From positions 2,042 through 66,041 of the IMG/VR virus record IMGVR_UViG_3300036861_000572: DNA of 64,000 nt; one strand, given 5' to 3'. The DNA comes from a virus (Duplodnaviria; Caudoviricetes). Position 1 is the first letter of the stretch; each line of letters starts with the position of its first letter. The translations under genes and the position numbers were made by a program. The notes below the pieces were generated by a model, which saw only the letters and a program-made list of their open reading frames with translations, was not told the DNA's origin and searched no databases. Below are positions 1-8,411 of the stretch, piece after piece.

Positions 1-89
1 CGTTACGCTCCTTGTGGAAGGCCCTTCCGGTTGACGGCGTCCCGATCGGCGCGCACTTGGCAGCCCGCGCTCGGGACGCCGCCTGGCGT

Positions 90-470
90 TCAGGCGGGCG
101 TCCTTCCGTGCGCCCAGTCCCAGCAGAACTTTCGGATGGCATCCGGGTCGGCCTCGCGCCAGCCGGTGGGATTCGGGTACCAGAGCATTTCGCTGACGTC
201 CTGGCCGTGGCCGCGGAAGCACAGCACCGTGGTGTCCGACACCCGGCTGAGCGCCTTGAACGCTCGCGTCTGCCCGTGGTACAGGCCGCCGTAGCGGCCC
301 TTTTCCTCAAGGAACAGGAACCGGTCGGCGTCCCCGTCTTGCAGGTGGACCATGCCGTCGATGTCGGTCGGCTCGATGCCGCGCGGGAAGCAGCCCTTGA
401 GGAACGCCCAATCCGGCAGCCGGCTGTCCTTGTAGCAACCTCTTACCTCGCAGTTCCACCGCAGCGTCAT
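90..470 (-). CDS. small PD-(D/E)xK-like nuclease (putative)
   Basis: MTLRWNCEV... with PTDIDG...FLFLEEK, resembling the D...E-x-K core; start overlaps the MTase stop (translational coupling). Confidence 0.5.
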   Translation of the reverse strand: MTLRWNCEVRGCYKDSRLPDWAFLKGCFPRGIEPTDIDGMVHLQDGDADRFLFLEEKGRYGGLYHGQTRAFKALSRVSDTTVLCFRGHGQDVSEMLWYPNPTGWREADPDAIRKFCWDWAHGRTPA

Positions 471-1471
471 GACCACCGCCTGACGATGGCGCCGAATTCG
501 GCGAAGACGTCGCGGAACCGTTCCGGCGGTGCGAACTCGCCGCCGAGATGGACGAACACCGACCCGTGGGTCGAGGTGGTTGCCTTCTCGCGGCCGGCCG
601 AGTCGAAGTCGATGCGATGGTCGGTGAAGCACAACTGGTGGTCCCAGAGGGGCTGGAACCATTCGGTGTCGGTGCAGTGGGCATTGACCAGCGCCACGGC
701 ATTGGTGACACGGCCGGCCTCGTGCTCGGCGACCAGCTTGGTGATGAATTCGCCGGCCAGGCGGCCGTAGGGTGGGTTGAGGAAGACGCGGCCCTTCCAC
801 GGCTGGGCGAGCCCGTCCTCGTGCTTCGAGTAGTACCGGTCGGCCCCGACGACCTGGTTGGCTGCCTCGCTCGAGGCCGGGTCGAGGTCGATGTGGCCGA
901 GCACGATGCGGACCGCGTCGAGGTAGCGGGCCGGGGTGTACCACTCATTCTCGGTCGAGAGACGAAGGCCGCCGGTCTCCCAAGTCTGCACCGAGGCCAT
1001 GAGGCCGGCGGTGGTAATCTCGTCCTCTTCGCCATCAGCGATGCGGGCGATATATGCCTCGAACGCATCAGCCGGGACACGAGCTACCTCACGCCATCGA
1101 ACAGCGCGGTTCCTCGCTGCTGGGCCAGTCTCACCCAGCCCAAGTTCAACTAGCGTTGGCGGGAAACCCGTACCATCGTGGGATGGGTTTCCGTCACTGC
1201 TTGGGCGACCACCCTGGCTCGGTTCCCAGTCGTCATCGTCCAGCATCTCGCCGCCGCGGCGCTGGGCGCGCAGCTTGAACTCGGCCCAATCGTTCTGGAT
1301 GCGCCGGCCAGCTTTCGCCTTGCGCGCCGCCACCCGGATGACCTCGGCGCGGTCGACGATGGCCGCGAGGTCGGGAAGCGTCTCGATCTCGGCGAGGGCG
1401 CCGTAGGCTGCCTCGAGCAGCTTGCCGGACCGGATCTGCGCCGGGCGGATCTGCGCGAGGTCCGTGGTCAC
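467..1471 (-). CDS. phage-type DNA N6-adenine methyltransferase with N-terminal helical extension
   Basis: EWYTP...DLDPASS (SAM-binding) and VFLNPPY catalytic motif. Confidence 0.85.
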   Translation of the reverse strand: MTTDLAQIRPAQIRSGKLLEAAYGALAEIETLPDLAAIVDRAEVIRVAARKAKAGRRIQNDWAEFKLRAQRRGGEMLDDDDWEPSQGGRPSSDGNPSHDGTGFPPTLVELGLGETGPAARNRAVRWREVARVPADAFEAYIARIADGEEDEITTAGLMASVQTWETGGLRLSTENEWYTPARYLDAVRIVLGHIDLDPASSEAANQVVGADRYYSKHEDGLAQPWKGRVFLNPPYGRLAGEFITKLVAEHEAGRVTNAVALVNAHCTDTEWFQPLWDHQLCFTDHRIDFDSAGREKATTSTHGSVFVHLGGEFAPPERFRDVFAEFGAIVRRWS

Positions 1472-1686
1472 TGGCCGACCGCCTTCCCGGCTGGCTTGCC
1501 GAGCAGTTGGTCGATGGTGATGCCGAGGGCGCCGGCGAGCTTGCTGGCGGTGTCGACCTTGATGTCGGTGACCGCGCCCCGCTCGATCGCCGAGAGGTGC
1601 ATGAGGCTGACGTTGGCCTCGCGGGCCAGCTCGGCCTGTGTCTTGCCTGCGGCCTTCCGCAGCTCAGCGACCCTGCTTCCGTCCAC
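1468..1686 (-). CDS. XRE-family HTH regulator
   Basis: LRKAAGKTQAELAREANVSLMHLSAIERG...LAGALGITIDQLL. Confidence 0.9.
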   Translation of the reverse strand: MDGSRVAELRKAAGKTQAELAREANVSLMHLSAIERGAVTDIKVDTASKLAGALGITIDQLLGKPAGKAVGQ

Positions 1687-1715
1687 ACGGCCTCCCTACT
1701 GGTTGTGAAGTCCGA

Positions 1716-1812
1716 ACGGTACCGCTGTGGCGGTACCCTGTCAATCCCTACAGACCGACAATCCAGAGCAGGACCCCGGATCTGTTGACAGGTAACGGTT
1801 TCCCTGTAGTCT
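1716..1812. promoter_or_regulatory. divergent sigma70-type promoters with a palindromic operator
   Basis: minus strand: TTGACA(1744-1739)-17 nt-TACCGT; plus strand: TTGACA(1785-1790)-16 nt-TAGTCT; inverted repeat GGTACCGC-TGTG-GCGGTACC at 1718-1737 overlaps the leftward promoter. Confidence 0.7.
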
Positions 1813-1868
1813 TAACGGCAGAGCGTTACCGGTCCGCCGTGACAGCTCGCCCGTCCGACAGGGGAGTC

Positions 1869-2249
1869 ATGCGCATGGGAGCAGAAGAGTTCGGCCACCT
1901 CGTGCGGGTCGGCATCGCCACCAAAGGGCTCAGCCAGGGCGCCGTCGGCCGGCGCGTCACCAAGCGGCTGCGCGACGACCGGGGCCTGGACGCCACACAG
2001 GTCCGGCTCGTCATGGAAGGCCGCAGACGCCTCGACCACGATCTGGTCGAGGCGTTCATCGATGTGCTGGACCTCGATGCGGCCGACGCGTGGGAAGCAG
2101 CCGGGCTCTGGCCGCCGGACCTCTCCGCCGACGACTACCGAGTTTTCGCCGCCGTGGGGGGCGCGGCGGCTAGCGTCGCAGTCGTTCAGCTACCGGGCAC
2201 GAAGAGGAACAGGTCTCCTTACGCACTTCGCCTCGTTCGCGCGGCGTAG
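1869..2249 (+). CDS. HTH-like regulator divergent from the XRE gene (repressor/Cro-like)
   Basis: GGGGAG RBS; FGHLVR...GLSQGAVG...LDLDAADAWEAAG resembles actinophage XRE repressors. Confidence 0.6.
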   Translation: MRMGAEEFGHLVRVGIATKGLSQGAVGRRVTKRLRDDRGLDATQVRLVMEGRRRLDHDLVEAFIDVLDLDAADAWEAAGLWPPDLSADDYRVFAAVGGAAASVAVVQLPGTKRNRSPYALRLVRAA

Positions 2250-2264
2250 GCCCCAAGCAGTCCA

Positions 2265-3311
2265 ATGAGCGGATTTGCACCGCTCGGGGTGAGTGCTAGC
2301 CTCCCGCCGTCCGTCACGGGGGCCTCGGGCGATTGGACCGGAGAGGGGGGCTCTGGTGCCGTCGTGCCTACCGACCAGCGCAGCCGCCTGTGGGCGGCCT
2401 ACTACCAGCACCTGCTCGACGCCGACCGGAGCCAGCGCACGGTCACCGAGTACCGCCGCGCGCTGACCAGCTTCTGGGACCACGCCGGCAAGCAGCCCGG
2501 CCGGGTCGGCCCCGCCGACCTGCGCCGCTTCCTCGCCCGCCCGACCGTCCCCGGCGGGAACGCCCGGGGCCCGTACCTGGCCGACTCGACCAAGGCCCGC
2601 GAGGCCGCATCGGTGCGCGCGTTCTACCGCTGGGCCACCGCGACCCGCCGCGTCAAGCGCGACCCGTTCGCCGGGATGGTCCTGCCCCGCTCGCGGCCGG
2701 GCCCGCCCCGTGACCTGCCCCTGGAAGCGATCACCGCGATCATCGACTACACGATCGCCTTCCCCCGCGTGTGGCTGGAGGTGTGGCTCGGCTACGGCGC
2801 CGGCCTGCGGGTGGGGGAGATGGCCGGCTTGCGGATCGAGGACTGCGATCTATCCGACGCCGTCATCCGGGTGCACGGCAAGGGCCGCCGAGAACGGCTC
2901 GTCCCACTGCACTCCGAGGTGGCACGGGTGCTGCGGCTGTCGGTGGCCGGGCGGCCGGGCGTCGGCCCGGTGCTGGCCCAGCACGCCCACCCCGACCGGC
3001 CGTGCTCCCGCAAGACAATCGGGTACGAACTGAATGACGGCATCCGCGCTGGCCTGGCCGCTGGCCGGCAGTCCGACCCGACGCTGCCGGCCTCCGCGAC
3101 CGCGCACCAGCTGCGCCACTCGTTCGCGACCGCGCTAGCGGCCCAGGGCGTCACCGAGCGCGCCATCGGGCTGCTGCTGGGCCACGCCGACCCGAAGACG
3201 ACCCGCCGCTACACGATCGGGTTCAGCCGGGACGCACACGAGGCGGTCGAGCGGCTGCCGATCCCGGGCCGTGCTGGCCTCGCTTCCCCGGGGCCAGCCC
3301 GGACCCCCTAG
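2265..3311 (+). CDS. tyrosine recombinase/integrase (true start may be near 2364)
   Basis: GLRVGE, VHGKG, HQLRHSFAT, LLGHAD...TRRY catalytic residues. Confidence 0.93.
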   Translation: MSGFAPLGVSASLPPSVTGASGDWTGEGGSGAVVPTDQRSRLWAAYYQHLLDADRSQRTVTEYRRALTSFWDHAGKQPGRVGPADLRRFLARPTVPGGNARGPYLADSTKAREAASVRAFYRWATATRRVKRDPFAGMVLPRSRPGPPRDLPLEAITAIIDYTIAFPRVWLEVWLGYGAGLRVGEMAGLRIEDCDLSDAVIRVHGKGRRERLVPLHSEVARVLRLSVAGRPGVGPVLAQHAHPDRPCSRKTIGYELNDGIRAGLAAGRQSDPTLPASATAHQLRHSFATALAAQGVTERAIGLLLGHADPKTTRRYTIGFSRDAHEAVERLPIPGRAGLASPGPARTP

Positions 3312-3350
3312 TCTTGCGCTCGATATAGGGGGCATGCTAGAGTCGCAAGC

Positions 3351-3635
3351 ATGAAGACGCCGCAGATGACCGGACCGATGCTGCTTGTGCTCAACGCCCT
3401 CGCCCGCGACCCGGGCAAGCAGCGCTACGGCCTTGACCTCTCCCAGGAGACCGGCCTGAAGCCGGGCACCATCTACCCAGTCCTGGCCCGATTGGAGCGC
3501 TACGAGTGGGTGGCCAGCGCGTGGGAGGAGATCGATCCGCACGCCGCCGGCCGGCGACCGCGCCGCTATTACCAGCTCACCCCTGCTGGCCAGTTCGCCG
3601 CCAGCCGCCACCTCGCCAGGTTCAGGAAGGCTTGA
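3351..3635 (+). CDS. PadR-family transcriptional regulator, probably leaderless
   Basis: YGLDL...GTIYPVLARLE..W...RPRRYYQLT; TAGAGT 7 nt upstream of the ATG. Confidence 0.9.
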   Translation: MKTPQMTGPMLLVLNALARDPGKQRYGLDLSQETGLKPGTIYPVLARLERYEWVASAWEEIDPHAAGRRPRRYYQLTPAGQFAASRHLARFRKA

Positions 3636-3636
3636 C

Positions 3637-4168
3637 GTGATCGCCACCACGCCCGACGCCAAGCCGACCACGCTCTACCGTCTCTACGACGCGGCCGGCG
3701 TCCTGCTCTACGTCGGCGTCGCCACCAACCCGGGCGGCAGGCTGAAGGACCACGCCAAGGGCAAGCCCTGGTGGCCGGACGTGGCCGACGTGCGCGTCGA
3801 GCTATACGGCACCACTAAGGACACGGCGCAGGCAGAACGAACCGCCGTCCGGGCCGAGAACCCGAAGCACAACGTCGTCCGTTTCAAGCCACCGAAGCCA
3901 CCCCAGGCTGCCCAAGCCAAAACGGCCGCCGGAGCTGCCCAAGCCAAAACGTCGGTATCAACGTCGCGAGCAACCGGCCCAGACAACGCCTCGCCACCTC
4001 TACGGCATTGGCGACATCGCCGCCGCGCTCGGCCGCCGCGCCCAGACGGTCGCGCAATGGCGTCACCGCGGCAAGCTGCCTCCGCCCGACCAACACCTGT
4101 CCGGCGCACCGGTCTGGTACGCCGCCACGATCGAGCCATGGATCGACCAGCAGCGGAAGGACGACTGA
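3637..4168 (+). CDS. GIY-YIG nuclease fused to a Xis/AlpA-like HTH, interrupted by a +1 frameshift at about 3901-3904
   Basis: LYRLYD...LLYVGV..NP..R...H...KPWW in frame 1; LYGIGDIAAALGRRAQTVAQWRHRGKLPPPD..LSGAPVW in frame 2, which has no start of its own. Confidence 0.7.
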
Positions 4169-4169
4169 C

Positions 4170-4352
4170 ATGACCATCCGCCACGATTCCGACCTGGCCA
4201 GCAAGGACCTCTACGTCCGCGACGAAGCATGCGCCCGCCTCGCCGACTTCTGGTTCTGCGAGGACCCCGACTGCGACGTCTACACCGACGACCGGAGCGA
4301 GCTCGATACGGACCTGTTCTGCGCGACCCACAGCAAGGTCGGTGCCGCGTGA
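4170..4352 (+). CDS. small hypothetical protein (Cys-containing)
   Basis: ATG 1 nt after the upstream stop; overlaps the next GTG. Confidence 0.55.
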   Translation: MTIRHDSDLASKDLYVRDEACARLADFWFCEDPDCDVYTDDRSELDTDLFCATHSKVGAA

Positions 4353-4552
4353 CCGGCACCCAGTTCAAGGCCCTACAGTCCGCCGCCGGGTTCAGTGACC
4401 CCAAGGCGTGTGCCACCGAACTCAAGGTGCCCCTTGTCGAGATATTCGCCTGGCGCGCTGATGACGAGCCGATCCCGGCGTGGGCGGTCGAGCGGCTGCG
4501 GGCACGGGTCGCCGAACTGGCCGGGGAGACCCCGGAACGGCGGATCCCGTGA
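4349..4552 (+). CDS. small HTH-like DNA-binding protein
   Basis: TGTQFKAL...CATELKVPLVEIFAW...PIPAW; GTGA coupling. Confidence 0.55.
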   Translation: MTGTQFKALQSAAGFSDPKACATELKVPLVEIFAWRADDEPIPAWAVERLRARVAELAGETPERRIP

Positions 4553-4998
4553 AGACGATCAAGCGCCGGTTCGATGATCGCCAGCATGCGGTGCTGGACA
4601 CCGGGTGGCAGGCGCTCACGAAGTGTGGCCTGCGCGGAAACTGGCTCTACGTCAAACCGGGGGAGCCGCAGCCCGAAGAGGGCGAGGTTGATTGCCCTGA
4701 TTGCCTGCTCGCCCTCGCCGAGGACGAGGCGGCGGCTAAGGATCAGAGCGAACCGATTCTCCACCTGCCTGATGGACGGCCACGTAGGTCTGGTGGGAGC
4801 AGCCCGGATCCGATGGCCCGGAAACGCAAAACACCCCGCCCTCGGCGTGAGGGCGGGGCTGGTCGTGCCGGGCAGAGCGGGTCTGGCCCCTGTCGCGTAC
4901 GAAGCATACGCTCGGACCTTCTAGTGCCCGGCGACGGCGGCGCGAGCCATCACCGGGCGGCCCACCCTGGGACAGGAGGCGGATGGGCAGATGAGTAG
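4549..4998 (+). CDS. hypothetical Zn-finger protein (C-terminal half doubtful)
   Basis: H...TKCG...VDCPDC motif; GTGA coupling. Confidence 0.45.
   Translation: MKTIKRRFDDRQHAVLDTGWQALTKCGLRGNWLYVKPGEPQPEEGEVDCPDCLLALAEDEAAAKDQSEPILHLPDGRPRRSGGSSPDPMARKRKTPRPRREGGAGRAGQSGSGPCRVRSIRSDLLVPGDGGASHHRAAHPGTGGGWADE
4834..4858 (-). terminator. GC hairpin / intrinsic terminator
   Basis: CCCCGCCCTC-GGCGT-GAGGGCGGGG, followed by GTGTTTT on the minus strand. Confidence 0.5.
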
Positions 4999-5620
4999 TT
5001 TATTTGATAACCAGCGGCAGCCCTACGAGCGGCCCACGGTCACGCCGGCGGGCACGGACCCGTACCGGCTGACCGCCCCACTGGACGACCGGCCAGGGCG
5101 CGGCGAGCCACGCCAGCCCACGACCGGCGAGCGGCTGGATACCAGCGCGATCCGGGTGCGTCTTCGGCAGGCGGCAAAGGACACACAGCGGCCACCGGCC
5201 TACTACGCAGCCCAGTTGCTGCTGGACCTGTCGGCCGCGATCAACGAACTTGACCGGCTGCGCACCCACCTGGCCGGGATCGAGTGGGCCGCCGCCGACG
5301 CGGCCGGCGCGCCCGCCCAGGCGATCTGCCCGGCGTGCCGGGTCCTGAAGCCCGGCCCCCACGACCCGGCGTGCTGGCTCGGCCAGGTCCTGCTGGCCGA
5401 GGCCAAGGAGACCGTTAAGCGGCTGGCCGCCGAGGCCGACCGGATCTACAAGCCAGGCGGCGACCCGGAAGTGGAGCGGCTGCGGGGCCTGCTGCGCGAG
5501 CTGGAATGGGCCGGCGTCCACTCCTGGAACTACGAGGAGTCGGGTTGCCCCGTCTGCGGTTCAGAAGAACCCGGACCCCACAAGCCAGGCTGTGAGCTCG
5601 CCGCCGAGCTGGGCCGGTGA
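4991..5620 (+). CDS. hypothetical protein with two CPxC..H..C repeats
   Basis: GGAGG RBS; IEWA..CPAC..PGPHDPACWL and LEWA..CPVC..PGPHKPGCEL. Confidence 0.7.
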   Translation: MSSLFDNQRQPYERPTVTPAGTDPYRLTAPLDDRPGRGEPRQPTTGERLDTSAIRVRLRQAAKDTQRPPAYYAAQLLLDLSAAINELDRLRTHLAGIEWAAADAAGAPAQAICPACRVLKPGPHDPACWLGQVLLAEAKETVKRLAAEADRIYKPGGDPEVERLRGLLRELEWAGVHSWNYEESGCPVCGSEEPGPHKPGCELAAELGR

Positions 5621-5865
5621 CCGAGACCGAACGCCGCGAGCTGGCGCAGCGGCACGCCGGCGAGGTCGTCGAAGGCTCCGGCCAGCCCGTCGGACCGCGC
5701 CGCCTCGGCGAGATGGTCTCCGTCCGCCTCGAACCCGCCCTCGCCGCGGCGCTCCGGGACGTCGCCAGCCGGAACGGCACGACGGTCTCGGACCTGCTGC
5801 GCGACGCGGCCGTCAAGGCCGTCGCCGCCGAGGGGTACTGCCGCTCGTGCTTGGGCCGTCGCTGA
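5617..5865 (+). CDS. ribbon-helix-helix (CopG-like) protein
   Basis: MVSVRLEPALAAALRDVASRNGTTVSDLLRDA. Confidence 0.75.
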   Translation: MTETERRELAQRHAGEVVEGSGQPVGPRRLGEMVSVRLEPALAAALRDVASRNGTTVSDLLRDAAVKAVAAEGYCRSCLGRR

Positions 5866-5875
5866 TTTGCGAGGG

Positions 5876-5975
5876 GCGGCAGGGGTCGTACCCGCGTGGA
5901 CCTCAAGGCGCAGAACAGAGCGAGGCGACCCGCGCGTTCCCGGGTATTCACCATATTTCCCGGGCACCCTGCCGC
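5876..5975 (-). ncRNA. candidate structured small RNA
   Basis: 9-bp closing stem GCGGCAGGG/CCCTGCCGC with internal stems; TAGTCT -10 just upstream on the minus strand. Confidence 0.35.
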
Positions 5976-5986
5976 GCGGACGAAGA

Positions 5987-6238
5987 CTACTCGAGCGGGT
6001 CGCCGGGCCGCCGGACAGGCCGGTACGTCGTCGGTCGCCGGACGTTCTCGATCATCCCCGTCGGCGGCGGCGCGTTCTTCACCTGGCGGACGCCGGCGAC
6101 AGTTGCGACCGCGAGCAGTAGGCCGACCCAGGGCCGCCATTGTTCGGGGACTTGGTCGGCGGGGATGAGCAGGACCAGCGTCACGGCGAACCCGAGCGCT
6201 GCAGCGATCATCTTGCGATAGCGAGCGACCCAGCTCAT
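5987..6238 (-). CDS. holin
   Basis: two TM segments, RKMIAAALG...VRQVKN typical of actinophage holins; directly after the endolysin. Confidence 0.75.
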   Translation of the reverse strand: MSWVARYRKMIAAALGFAVTLVLLIPADQVPEQWRPWVGLLLAVATVAGVRQVKNAPPPTGMIENVRRPTTYRPVRRPGDPLE

Positions 6239-7203
6239 GGCGTAGCCTCCTTCGGCCGGATCGAGATGAGCGCCTCACCCTCGTAGGCAGGGTGGCCAGC
6301 GACCTCGAGCTTGGCGGCGACCAGCCCGGCGAGCAGCTCGACCTGGGCGTCAGACAGGGTGGCGCCAGCCCTGACGGCGGTGAGGACGTCGGCGGTATCC
6401 TCGCCCAGTTCCTTGCGGATCTGTTCGAGGTTGGCCGGGTGGGCATCCGGCTCGGTCGCGTCGCCGCGGTAGATCAGCCCGTAGATCCGGTCGGTGTGGG
6501 CCTTGACCTTCGCGTCGACGAGCTTGCCCAGGCGGTCCCATTCGTCTTCGGTCAAGGGGGGCACGTCCTCACCTCCGAACAGGGTTGTGAACGCGGCGTC
6601 GGTGGCCTTGTTCCAGTCGCACCGGCCCACGCTCGGAACGTCGTGGATGCAGCCGGCCTCGCCGTTGGTGCACTGCCACACGTCGGGCACGAGGGGCCAG
6701 CCGCCCGGCTGCCGCCACGGCGCCGCCCACGGCGTGTCCGAACGGTAGCGGGCGATCCAGCCAAGGCACCCGCCGGGGATCCGGCCCGGGTCGCCGAGGG
6801 TTTCCAGGACGAACGCGACGCCCGAGTAGAACAGCCCTCGGCCACCGAGGGCCGCGCGGACCCGCGCGCACCAGCGGTCCGCCCAGGTGAGCAGCGTCGC
6901 GGGGCCGAGGCCGCCCGAGTCCTCGAGGTCCAACGCCCAGGCGTCGCCGGCTCGCCAGCCGGCGACGCGGACGACGGCGACGAAGTGGTCGGCTTGCGCA
7001 TCGACCGGTCCGGAGCCGGGCCTGGCGAAGTGGTAGGCGGCGCGGGGGTGGCCGGCGGCGGCCCGCCAGCGGCCGGTGAAGGCCGGGTCGGTGAACGAGC
7101 CGCCCTCGGTCGCCTTGAGGATCACGAACGACTCACCAGAGGCGAAGTAGCGGCCCGCATCGAAACTGGCCTGGTGATGCGATAGGTCGCAGCCAGTTTT
7201 CAT
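6235..7203 (-). CDS. GH25 muramidase endolysin
   Basis: DLSHHQ, ILKATEG, AYHF, LDLE, WIARY, WQ..D motifs. Confidence 0.9.
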   Translation of the reverse strand: MKTGCDLSHHQASFDAGRYFASGESFVILKATEGGSFTDPAFTGRWRAAAGHPRAAYHFARPGSGPVDAQADHFVAVVRVAGWRAGDAWALDLEDSGGLGPATLLTWADRWCARVRAALGGRGLFYSGVAFVLETLGDPGRIPGGCLGWIARYRSDTPWAAPWRQPGGWPLVPDVWQCTNGEAGCIHDVPSVGRCDWNKATDAAFTTLFGGEDVPPLTEDEWDRLGKLVDAKVKAHTDRIYGLIYRGDATEPDAHPANLEQIRKELGEDTADVLTAVRAGATLSDAQVELLAGLVAAKLEVAGHPAYEGEALISIRPKEATP

Positions 7204-7802
7204 CCACTACCCTTCTTGGCCGCCCGGTATTTCCGATCAAGCATCCGACGGCACGCTCGGCATGCTCTGGCTCCATCGCGTTTGATATAAGTATTGGCCT
7301 GGTCGAACGGGTGGCCGCGTTTGCAGTGCGTCTGTGCGGCGGCTCGCTCTTTGCGCCGCTGGATCGTCAGGCCCCGCAAGCCATTCTCGCGGTGCGTCAC
7401 GGCTTCCAGGTGCGCGGGCCCATATTCATCAGGGATGGCTTTGACGCATGCCGGTACCCGACACAGGTGATCTGGCTCATAGCCCTTGGGGATGGGACCG
7501 ACTAGCAGCTCGTAGGCGTAGCGGTAGGCATAGACCACCTTGCCATCGACCCCAAATCTGCCGTAGCCATCAACTTTGGCTCTGGTCCACAGCCAGCACG
7601 GGCCAAGCTCGGGACGATAAGAAGGAATCGGGCCGTGCGTATTGACCTTGTCCCAGAATCGTTCCTCAGCGGAGAGCTTCGGCGCTGGGGTCCGCGCTGG
7701 CAACTGGCCTCGGTAGTACGCCTTGCCGTAGTGACTCCGGCAGAGACCTCGTGCGATGAGCGGTTGCCCGCAAGCAGACATGGAGCAGGTACGCTTTGCC
7801 AC
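7200..7802 (-). CDS. HNH homing endonuclease
   Basis: ERFWDKV..GPCWLWT..GYGRF..DHLCRVPAC..HLEAVTHREN; N-terminal CxxxxC..RGLCxxHY and C-terminal CKRGH motifs. Confidence 0.9.
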   Translation of the reverse strand: MAKRTCSMSACGQPLIARGLCRSHYGKAYYRGQLPARTPAPKLSAEERFWDKVNTHGPIPSYRPELGPCWLWTRAKVDGYGRFGVDGKVVYAYRYAYELLVGPIPKGYEPDHLCRVPACVKAIPDEYGPAHLEAVTHRENGLRGLTIQRRKERAAAQTHCKRGHPFDQANTYIKRDGARACRACRRMLDRKYRAAKKGSG

Positions 7803-7892
7803 GCCATTGCCTCCCTGAAGGTGGTGGCCAGGCCCCCGGTGTTCACAGCACGCGGGGGCCACTCATTGCAGCTATTTTAGCAGGTCAGGGCC

Positions 7893-7923
7893 ACTTTCTA
7901 GATTCTAGGTTCTAGGATCTAGT
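7893..7923. repeat. CTAG-containing tandem repeats
   Basis: ACTTTCTAGATTCTAGGTTCTAGGATCTAG; the first 16 nt recur at 11681. Confidence 0.75.
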
Positions 7924-7945
7924 ACCTACTGGTTACACTCCTGGC

Positions 7946-8251
7946 ATGGACGAACACGTCTGCGACGGCGACCAGCCGGACTGCGCCGCGTACCTGCACT
8001 ACCTGGACCCGGCCAACCGCCAGCCCGCCGAGGGCGCGGCGGCCTACCGCGTGCCACGACGGCGGCTGTCCCGCCACGTCCCGATCCGCTTCGAGGCCGA
8101 CGTGATCGATCGTGCCAAGGTCGTCGCGGAGGCTGAGGGCCTGACGGTCAGCTCGTGGATCCGGCGGCTGGTCGAACGCGAACTTGGCCCGCCACGGCCG
8201 GCCGGGACCTACAACGACGGCGCCGGGCGGTCGCGCTTCACCGTCACGTAG
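7946..8251 (+). CDS. RHH/CopG antitoxin-like protein, leaderless, antisense to the late operon
   Basis: HVPIRFEADVIDRAKVVAEAEGLTVSSWIRRLVEREL; TACACT 6 nt upstream of the ATG. Confidence 0.75.
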   Translation: MDEHVCDGDQPDCAAYLHYLDPANRQPAEGAAAYRVPRRRLSRHVPIRFEADVIDRAKVVAEAEGLTVSSWIRRLVERELGPPRPAGTYNDGAGRSRFTVT

Positions 8252-8411
8252 ACGCTTCGGCGGGTCGTGGCGAGGGTGGCCACCGGTCATCGATCGCCGA
8301 ACCGTCGTCCTTGCCTTTCGAGTGGGGGAGCACGCACGGCGGACCCTCGGTGGAGCCCTGGGTGACCAGGGGCACGCGCCCGCCCCTGCGCCCGAGCGGG
8401 GGCGGGAGCGT

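Noticed and set aside
22-40. TCCGGTTGACG shared with about 62574-62584 as a possible att repeat
   Set aside because: Too short, and phage-like genes appear to continue at both window edges; no convincing attL/attR pair was found.
2260-2338. Functional tRNA gene
   Set aside because: Poor D and anticodon arms, no U33 and no CCA; kept only as a tRNA-like finding.
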